Below, piece after piece: positions 56,542-62,933 of a DNA stretch of 62,933 bases. The position numbers were made by a program, and so were the translations under genes. The stretch spans positions 1-62,933 of the IMG/VR virus record IMGVR_UViG_3300037424_000900; one strand, given 5' to 3'. Source of the stretch: a virus. Its lineage: Duplodnaviria > Caudoviricetes. Numbering within the stretch: position 1 is the stretch's first letter; each line of letters opens with the position of its first letter. The notes below the pieces were generated by a model. That model ran no database searches, was not told where the DNA came from, and saw nothing but the letters and a program-made list of their open reading frames with translations.

Positions 56542-57580
56542 ATCCTTAGATATATTTAATTTTCAATCTCATAAACATTCTACTTTACATTTTCATTCGG
56601 GTTTAAATGTGATTGTTGGCCCTACTGATAGTGGTAAATCTGTTATTTTACGCACATTACGAAAATTATTTTTTAACAGACCATTTGGCAGTGCTTTTCG
56701 TTCCACATGGGGGGGAGAAACCTATATTGAAACGTTAACGGATGATGATACTTTAATTGGACTTAAAGAAGATTCAGAAAAGACTTACTTTTTAAATGAT
56801 TTGGAATTTAAAGCGTTTGGTCAAAGCATTCCAAAAGAAATAGCTGATAATTTAAACGTTAATGAAGTTAACATTCAACAACAACTAGATTCCCCTTTCC
56901 TTTTCAGCCAAAGTCCCGGCGAAGTTGCTCAACATTTTAATAAAATAGCCCACCTTGAACAAATAACTCTTTCAATATCCAATCTTAAAAAATGGGTTAC
57001 TCAACTTGAATCTACAATAAAACATAAACAAGAAGACTTATCCAAGAAAATAGATGAATTAAAAACATTCGATTATCTTGAAAAGTTTGAGATTGAATTG
57101 GAAGTATTGGAAGATATGGAAAAGAAAGTATCTTCTAAAAAGTCGCAGAAAACCCAATTATCCATCATTATAAACAAATTTAATTTTGTTGAAGATGAAA
57201 TAGAATGCTATCAAGATATATTGTTAATTGAAGATAATTTAATATTAATAATTGATAAAATTCAAGAAGTACAACAAAAGAAACAAAAAGCAGACGATTT
57301 TTCAAAATTAATTTACAATATTGAAGGTATCGAATTAGATATTGAAAGTGAAAAGAATTTAATTTCATGTGAAAAAGATGTTGGGATTTTAATTGAAACG
57401 TTAAATAAGCTATCTAATATCGAATCAGACAGAGATCGTTTAAATAAAGTGGTTAAAAATGTAAACTCAGTTTCCGACGATTTAGAATATAATAAAAAAT
57501 TGTATAATAAATTATACGCTCAGTTCGAAAAGGAAATGGGGGGTGTTTGTATACTTTGTGGAACTAAATTAAAAAAATAA
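56534..57580 (+). CDS. sbcC: SbcC/Rad50 N-terminal half
   Basis: IFNFQSH, GPTDSGKS (Walker A), Q-loop QQQLD, coiled coil, ends at the zinc hook CILCG. Confidence 0.88.
   Translation: MIKSLDIFNFQSHKHSTLHFHSGLNVIVGPTDSGKSVILRTLRKLFFNRPFGSAFRSTWGGETYIETLTDDDTLIGLKEDSEKTYFLNDLEFKAFGQSIPKEIADNLNVNEVNIQQQLDSPFLFSQSPGEVAQHFNKIAHLEQITLSISNLKKWVTQLESTIKHKQEDLSKKIDELKTFDYLEKFEIELEVLEDMEKKVSSKKSQKTQLSIIINKFNFVEDEIECYQDILLIEDNLILIIDKIQEVQQKKQKADDFSKLIYNIEGIELDIESEKNLISCEKDVGILIETLNKLSNIESDRDRLNKVVKNVNSVSDDLEYNKKLYNKLYAQFEKEMGGVCILCGTKLKK
57498..57509 (+). promoter_or_regulatory. AATTGTATAATA motif (inside the sbcC-N 3' end)
   Basis: 74 nt upstream of the nucleotidyltransferase start. Confidence 0.45.
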
Positions 57581-57583
57581 CTA

Positions 57584-58297
57584 ATGAAAACAATTCCAAT
57601 AAAAAGAGGATTCCAAGAAATTTCAATTATTTATGAGCTATCTCAAAAAAACGATTGTGTTATTTGTGGGGGGTATGTTCGTTATTGTGCTTCTCCTTTA
57701 CCTACTCCAAAAGTCAAGCCCGCTGGAGATGTTGATATTTTTCCAAAAACAGAGAAAGCTACAGAAAATATGTTAAATGATTTGAAAACGTTAGGGTATG
57801 AAGTGACTTATGAAAATCATGTTTGTTACACTTTAAAACCAATAGAATCCAAAAAAGAGGAGTTACAATATATCCCCCTCCCACAAATCATAAAGCCAGT
57901 TATTGAAGGGAAAATTGTAACATTAGGCACTATTGAAGAGATTCTAATAAATTTTGACTTTACAATAGTTCGGGCAGCGTTGATAAATGATAAAGAAGCA
58001 TTAGTTGATGACGATTTTGAAGAAGATGAAAAACATCATATTTTACGATTAAAAAATATTCATTGCCCTATAAGTTCATTATTACGTTGTTGTAAATATG
58101 CTCGTAAAGGATATTTTATGAGACCTGCTGAAGCTTTAAAATTATTCATGAATTGGAATAATCGTGGAGAAGAATATCAAAATAAAATAATAGCTCTATT
58201 CAAAGAATCTTCCAAAGGGATTGCAAGTGAAAGTAATCCTGATGGAATTACCCAAAAAGAAATTGACGAACTTGAAGCCTTATTAAGAATAGATTGA
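57584..58297 (+). CDS. Nucleotidyltransferase (poly(A) polymerase/CCA head-domain-like)
   Basis: ICGGYVR, GDVDIF, NFDFTI, R..KY..KGY. Confidence 0.75.
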   Translation: MKTIPIKRGFQEISIIYELSQKNDCVICGGYVRYCASPLPTPKVKPAGDVDIFPKTEKATENMLNDLKTLGYEVTYENHVCYTLKPIESKKEELQYIPLPQIIKPVIEGKIVTLGTIEEILINFDFTIVRAALINDKEALVDDDFEEDEKHHILRLKNIHCPISSLLRCCKYARKGYFMRPAEALKLFMNWNNRGEEYQNKIIALFKESSKGIASESNPDGITQKEIDELEALLRID

Positions 58298-58298
58298 T

Positions 58299-59219
58299 AT
58301 GCAGCGAACAATCAAAAATAAGCCTGATTTAATATTAATGTCTGATAAGCATCTTAGGGAGCCGGATGCCCAGCCAATATGTCGATTAGATAATGCATGG
58401 GAAACCCAATGGATTAAACTTGATTTTATCACATCTTTACAAGATAAATATGGTTGTCCTGTTGTAAATGCTGGTGATCTTTTTGATAAATGGAAACCAT
58501 CTCCCTATTTGCTTTCTAAAGTAATGGAACACTTACCTAACCAATTTTTATCAATTTATGGACAACATGATTTACCAGAACATAATTTTAAACTTAGATA
58601 TAAATCTGGAATTCGTACTTTAGAAACTGCTTTTAAATTACAAACGTTGGGAAAATATACAAATCTTACCCATCTAAAGTTTTGTGTGTATGGTTGTAAT
58701 TGGAAAGAATCCCCTGTATCTGATGTAAACCCAAATATTATAAATGTTCTTGTTTGGCATACATTTACCTACCAAGGTAAAGAACCATGGCCAGGTTGTA
58801 CTGATCCAAAAGCAAAAACTTTACTGCGTAAATACCCCCAATTTGATTTAATTCTTACCGGGGATAACCACACACCCTTTGTCGAAGAATTTGAAGGAAG
58901 ATTGCTTGTTAATCCCGGTTCTATTATGCGAATGGATGCTGATCAGATTAATCACAGACCAAGAGTTTATTTATGGTATGCTGAAACAAATACAGTTGAA
59001 CCTGTTTATATTCCTATTAATCCTGCTATTGATGTGATTAGCCGGGAACATTTGGAACATAAAAAACAAAGAGACAAAAGAATAAATGCTTTTATTGATC
59101 GTTTGGATAATGATTGGAAAGTTGAATTATCTTTTGAGAACAATCTGAAAGCTTTCCAACAACAAAACAAAGTAGATGAACAAGTAATGGGTATAATATA
59201 CAAATCCTTAGAAGTATGA
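58299..59219 (+). CDS. sbcD: SbcD/Mre11 metallophosphoesterase nuclease
   Basis: SDKH, AGDLFD, GQHD, WH, TGDNH, NPGSIMR. Confidence 0.9.
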   Translation: MQRTIKNKPDLILMSDKHLREPDAQPICRLDNAWETQWIKLDFITSLQDKYGCPVVNAGDLFDKWKPSPYLLSKVMEHLPNQFLSIYGQHDLPEHNFKLRYKSGIRTLETAFKLQTLGKYTNLTHLKFCVYGCNWKESPVSDVNPNIINVLVWHTFTYQGKEPWPGCTDPKAKTLLRKYPQFDLILTGDNHTPFVEEFEGRLLVNPGSIMRMDADQINHRPRVYLWYAETNTVEPVYIPINPAIDVISREHLEHKKQRDKRINAFIDRLDNDWKVELSFENNLKAFQQQNKVDEQVMGIIYKSLEV

Positions 59220-59618
59220 AACGTGGAAATGATGTAAAAGAAGAGAGTATTATGGATTTAATTGATGTATGGCTTTTCAAAGTTAGACAAATAGAAGAAT
59301 TAACTCAAAGAATAAATAAAATAACTTCAATTAGAGATTTAATTTTAAAAGTAGAACGAAATGAAATTAGTAAGTGGGAATTAATAAATGCCTTAAGAGA
59401 CACTTATAATTTTTATTCTTCAGAAAATAAAGAAAAACAATTAAGAATGGATAGAAAAAATATGTGTTTTAAAATGAAAAGTGAATTTAAAAATATAAAA
59501 AATCAAAAATTAAAACACCAATTAAATGAAGTATCTATGCACATTACATATAAAACAATAACATCTTATGTAAATTTATATTTATGATAGTAATGTACAA
59601 ATTCTTAGAAGTATGAAA
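59194..59618 (+). repeat. 28-bp direct repeats (59194-59221, 59591-59618; 2 mismatches) flanking ORF 59216-59587
   Basis: TAATATACAAATCCTTAGAAGTATGAAA vs TAATGTACAAATTCTTAGAAGTATGAAA. Confidence 0.8.
59216..59587 (+). CDS. AT-rich hypothetical protein (moron-like)
   Basis: 123 aa between direct repeats. Confidence 0.55.
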   Translation: MKRGNDVKEESIMDLIDVWLFKVRQIEELTQRINKITSIRDLILKVERNEISKWELINALRDTYNFYSSENKEKQLRMDRKNMCFKMKSEFKNIKNQKLKHQLNEVSMHITYKTITSYVNLYL

Positions 59619-59897
59619 ATATTAGTTTCCAAAAATTTAAATCAACTTTTTGTTGGTAATCTCTGTCGAACGGGAGTTGAATTCAATTTGCTAAATAAAT
59701 CTAAACTTGAAAAAGTTAAAAAGGATTCTCTAATTGAAATTAAACAAGATGACATATTGTTTTCAGTTCTAATTGAGAAACGAGAAACAAAAGTGTTACT
59801 TGCTGAAATTTTAATTCCTAAAATTAAAGATCGGGCACCTTTTATTGGGGTTTCTGAACGGACATATTTTCGTATACGTGAAAAAGTAAATTTTTAA
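59613..59897 (+). CDS. Hypothetical protein with possible C-terminal HTH
   Basis: APFIGVSERTYFR. Confidence 0.55.
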   Translation: MKILVSKNLNQLFVGNLCRTGVEFNLLNKSKLEKVKKDSLIEIKQDDILFSVLIEKRETKVLLAEILIPKIKDRAPFIGVSERTYFRIREKVNF

Positions 59898-59901
59898 GAT
59901 T

Positions 59902-60297
59902 ATGAAAACAATAAATAACTTTGGAAAAACAATAGAATTTAACGAAAGATTTCATGCTGTTATTTATATAAAAAATAAAGAATTAATACAGACAAAATTA
60001 TATTTACCTGTTACTGTTGATGATGCCGATTACTTTCCACATAAAAATATTCCTTTTTCAAAATGTATACGAAAATTAACATTTAATATGGAATCTGGAA
60101 AAGGTATTATAATTGGGCAAACTACAAAACATGAAGGAGAATATTTTCCAGCAATTGGAAGAGATCACTATTTTGAAGATGATGAATCTGAACAAGCTTA
60201 TCTAAAAATATCAAAAGTATATTCTTTTTGGAAAGTGGCTACTAAAATGAATGAAATTTTATTAATTCCAAAACATTCAAATTATAAAATATTTTAG
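59902..60297 (+). CDS. Hypothetical protein
   Basis: 131 aa in operon. Confidence 0.6.
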   Translation: MKTINNFGKTIEFNERFHAVIYIKNKELIQTKLYLPVTVDDADYFPHKNIPFSKCIRKLTFNMESGKGIIIGQTTKHEGEYFPAIGRDHYFEDDESEQAYLKISKVYSFWKVATKMNEILLIPKHSNYKIF

Positions 60298-60301
60298 AAA
60301 T

Positions 60302-60496
60302 ATGAAAACACCAGAAGAAATTGAAGCTGCAAAATGGGTATTAAATGGCTTAGTAAGTGGAATTATGTCTAGTGGAGAACAAGCAGATAATTTTACAGAA
60401 AATTGTGAAATACGAGGAATGAATTTTAATGAAGCAATTGTTAAAATAGCATTTGCAATTGCTAAAGAATTTGTAAAACAATCTAAAGAAGAATGA
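60302..60496 (+). CDS. Hypothetical protein
   Basis: 64 aa. Confidence 0.55.
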   Translation: MKTPEEIEAAKWVLNGLVSGIMSSGEQADNFTENCEIRGMNFNEAIVKIAFAIAKEFVKQSKEE

Positions 60497-60843
60497 AACT
60501 ACCAATAGTTGATAATCCTTTTTATAAACCTACAAAAAAGCAATTAAAAAATGTACAAAAATGGGTTGATTCAACCTTAGCAAAAAGAAAATTTGAAAGT
60601 AAAAATCCAATAATTATAATTAAAACAAAAATTAATATGATAGCAATACACAAAAAGACAGGAATGCGTTATATAATTCTCGAAAGAGAAGTTATAAACA
60701 AAACAAACGAACAAAACGGGCAAAGAATGGTTATGTATTGTCCTGAGGGTTGTGAGGAACCTACAATATTTGTTAGGGAAGAAAAGGAATTTTTGGAAAA
60801 ATTTGACGAATTAAAACCATACCCTATTATACCAAACACTTAA
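60493..60843 (+). CDS. DUF1653-like protein
   Basis: HKKTGMRY...MVMY...IFVREEKEFLEKF. Confidence 0.6.
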   Translation: MKLPIVDNPFYKPTKKQLKNVQKWVDSTLAKRKFESKNPIIIIKTKINMIAIHKKTGMRYIILEREVINKTNEQNGQRMVMYCPEGCEEPTIFVREEKEFLEKFDELKPYPIIPNT

Positions 60844-60847
60844 ATAT

Positions 60848-61093
60848 ATGACAGATAAAGACTTATTGGAACTAAAGAAAAAGGTTGATGATGCTAAGAC
60901 TGAAGTCAACAAATTAGAAGGGCAAAAAACTGCTCTTTTGAAACAACTTAAAGAAGACTGGAAATGTAAAGATATTATTGATGCTAAAAAGAAATTGTCC
61001 GAAATGGACAATGAAATTGAGACTCTTGAAAATCAAATAGAACAAGGGAAGCAAGAACTTGAAGAAAAATATAATTCTGATGAAAAGGTTTAA
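60848..61093 (+). CDS. Small coiled-coil protein (possible SbcC accessory piece)
   Basis: Heptad pattern across 81 aa; lies before sbcC-C. Confidence 0.6.
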   Translation: MTDKDLLELKKKVDDAKTEVNKLEGQKTALLKQLKEDWKCKDIIDAKKKLSEMDNEIETLENQIEQGKQELEEKYNSDEKV

Positions 61094-61110
61094 TTTAAAA
61101 CACTAATAAT

Positions 61111-61329
61111 ATGAAACCAATATTTAATGAGTCTCAACGGTTGTTAATAATTATGTATGACTGTGGATATAAGACAATGATGGGAGCTATTTTAAAACTA
61201 GAATTGGCTTGGAGGAAAATGATTCGTGAAATGCATGAATCCCTTATTAATATTAATCCAATGATTATATATTGCTTTATTATGATTTGGATTTTATTGG
61301 TTTTATACATTTTAATTGAATATCGATAA
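61111..61329 (+). CDS. Hypothetical protein, C-terminal TM
   Basis: 72 aa. Confidence 0.45.
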   Translation: MKPIFNESQRLLIIMYDCGYKTMMGAILKLELAWRKMIREMHESLININPMIIYCFIMIWILLVLYILIEYR

Positions 61330-61940
61330 TGATGAACACTCAACAATATCGAAACAGATTGGAGCAATTAAAAGGGAAACGACAACAAGTAGAGTCCAAC
61401 ATAAAGACTTTAAAAAAGGAAATTCGAACAACTCAAATTGACTTGCGTCAACATGAACAAGCCCTTATAATTGTGCGTCAGGTGGGATTAAAGACCCAAC
61501 AACAACTCCAATTTCATATATCTGACATTACTTCTCTTGCTATCGAATCAGTGTTTAGTGATCCCTATGAATTAAAAGTGGAATTTGTAGAATGCAGAAA
61601 TAAAGTGGAATGTGATTTATACTTTGAACGAAAAGGGCAGCGGGTTGATCCTTTAACGGCAGCCGGGGTTGGTTCAGTTGATGTTGCGGCTTTCGCTCTC
61701 AGAATAGCCAGTTGGTCAATGCAAACCCCTAAATTACGAAACTTGATAATATTAGATGAACCATTGCGATTTCTTTCTATGGAATATCAAGAACTTGCAA
61801 GTCAAATGATAAAGGAAATTTCTCAACGGCTCAAAATTCAATTCATTATTGTGACTCATAATCGGACATTAACATCATACGCTGATAAAATATTTGAAGT
61901 AAGTATTCGTAAAGGAATAAGTAAAGTGGAGGTAATATGA
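61329..61940 (+). CDS. sbcC: SbcC/Rad50 C-terminal half
   Basis: Coiled coil, signature variant AAGVG..DVAAFALR, Walker B IILDEP, H-loop IVTH. Confidence 0.88.
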   Translation: MMNTQQYRNRLEQLKGKRQQVESNIKTLKKEIRTTQIDLRQHEQALIIVRQVGLKTQQQLQFHISDITSLAIESVFSDPYELKVEFVECRNKVECDLYFERKGQRVDPLTAAGVGSVDVAAFALRIASWSMQTPKLRNLIILDEPLRFLSMEYQELASQMIKEISQRLKIQFIIVTHNRTLTSYADKIFEVSIRKGISKVEVI

Positions 61941-62055
61941 AAATAAAAAAAGTTGATGTTGTTAGTTATTATTTAGTAACAACAGATAATACAGAAGCTT
62001 ATAATTACCATTGTGAGGATGACACAGAGCACGCTCCTTTAAAAGATTAATTGAT

Positions 62056-62595
62056 ATGAGAAGTAAAAATGATACAGGTTTATTCCAACCTTACGACACT
62101 AAAATTGAGTCAGATTATATAGTACAGTATATTATAAAAAACAAATCAATTCTTAATTTATCTAAAATTGCTTGTTTATGTGGTATGGAAAGACATACGT
62201 TAGTCAAATTAAGTAAGGGTCAATTACAAACATTATCTGAAAAAAACATTCTCCCATTATCAAACATCTTAAAAGAACTTGAATTTGAAATTCCAATTCG
62301 AGTCATAACAATTGAAACCATTCAACAAAAAATAAGCAAGGTTTCAAGGGTTTCTTTAAAAGAAATGAAATTAAAACATAGAAGACAACCAGCAACCGAA
62401 GAACGTCAAATCATAATGTATCTCTGTAAAGAATTACTAAAAAGAACATCGTTAAAGAAAATAGGGGAACATTTTGAAGCTGGAAAAACCCATGTATATA
62501 ATTCATGGAAGACTATAAAAATACAATTAGAAGTGGATTGTCATTTAAGAAAAAAGGTGGATAATTATATTAAATTATTGAAAAATGTTGACTAA
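62056..62595 (+). CDS. HTH + DnaA C-terminal-like DNA-binding protein
   Basis: IETIQQKIS...RQIIMYLCKEL...SLKKIGEHF...H. Confidence 0.75.
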   Translation: MRSKNDTGLFQPYDTKIESDYIVQYIIKNKSILNLSKIACLCGMERHTLVKLSKGQLQTLSEKNILPLSNILKELEFEIPIRVITIETIQQKISKVSRVSLKEMKLKHRRQPATEERQIIMYLCKELLKRTSLKKIGEHFEAGKTHVYNSWKTIKIQLEVDCHLRKKVDNYIKLLKNVD

Positions 62596-62770
62596 AAGAG
62601 AATCTGAAGTATTGGGGCTGGTTGTTAAGGGCTTATCCAGTAAAGAGATTGCAAATAAATTATTCTTATCTATGCATACTGTACTTAATCATAGAAAGAA
62701 CCTTCGAAGAAAAACGGATTGTCATAACACCGCACAATTGATTCAATATTACCATGAATATACAAAATAA
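62585..62770 (+). CDS. LuxR-type HTH protein
   Basis: LTKRESEVL..V.KGLSSKEIANKLFLS.HTV.NHRKNL. Confidence 0.9.
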   Translation: MLTKRESEVLGLVVKGLSSKEIANKLFLSMHTVLNHRKNLRRKTDCHNTAQLIQYYHEYTK

Positions 62771-62799
62771 AAAGGCCACTTCACAGCGGCCTTTCTTTT
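62771..62799. terminator. Bidirectional intrinsic terminator between convergent arms
   Basis: AAAGGCC-ACT-TCAC-AGC-GGCCTTT flanked by A and T runs. Confidence 0.75.
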
Positions 62800-62825
62800 A
62801 CACTACTAACTAACATTTCCAATTT

Positions 62826-62933
62826 TCAAACTGCTTCTTTCTCTAACTTAAACAGCCTAAGAATTATTTTTATGAGTTTAATATCAAATATACCATTCGC
62901 CATAAAGCCGGCAGCCAATGCGTGAACAAGTAA
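62826..62933 (-). CDS. 3' end of a probable holin (partial)
   Basis: Reads LLVHALAAGFMANGIFDIKLIKIILRLFKLEKEAV*, ending toward the terminator; hydrophobic, with an ANG.FD motif. Confidence 0.5.
   Translation of the reverse strand, partial: LLVHALAAGFMANGIFDIKLIKIILRLFKLEKEAV

Noticed and set aside
62056-62770. Host dnaA / lysogeny module marking a prophage boundary
   Set aside because: Only an isolated DnaA C-terminal-like domain and a LuxR HTH; no AAA+ domain, integrase, repressor pair or att site, and a phage-like gene follows.

Overview
Near-complete genome of an AT-rich, long-tailed dsDNA phage (siphovirus: tape measure, tail tube and G/GT chaperones, no sheath). The host is probably Bacteroidota, inferred from TAnnTTT(A/G)-type promoters, A-rich SD-less early leaders and a Bacteroidota-style cold-shock protein. 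Two arms diverge at about 26.7-26.9 kb. The minus-strand late arm (26663 to <1) runs terminase, accessory virion genes, portal, MuF, a sigma/peptide/membrane cassette, protease/scaffold, capsid, an 8-gene glycosyl-/methyl-/sulfotransferase block, neck and tail. The plus-strand arm (26879-62770) holds an SNF2 helicase, a second sigma, primase, initiator, helicase, a block of two radical SAM enzymes + a PLP enzyme + an aminoacyl-tRNA-transferase-like protein, a beta clamp, a split family A polymerase, clamp loader, SSB, RecA, RuvC and a split SbcCD. Both window edges cut minus-strand genes (a tail protein and a probable holin), so distal tail and lysis genes are missing. No integrase, tRNA, CRISPR array or reverse transcriptase was seen. 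Best leads: (1) the virion glycan cluster; (2) the radical SAM/PLP/tRNA-dependent transferase block, a candidate new DNA-modification pathway; (3) structured cis-RNA elements, namely a kissing-loop/loop-E leader, a twin CUAAUCA element after both major structural genes, and a three-way junction next to a boxA; (4) a recurring N-terminal M-x-R-[G/T] tag. All family assignments come from motifs recognised by eye; no searches were run.
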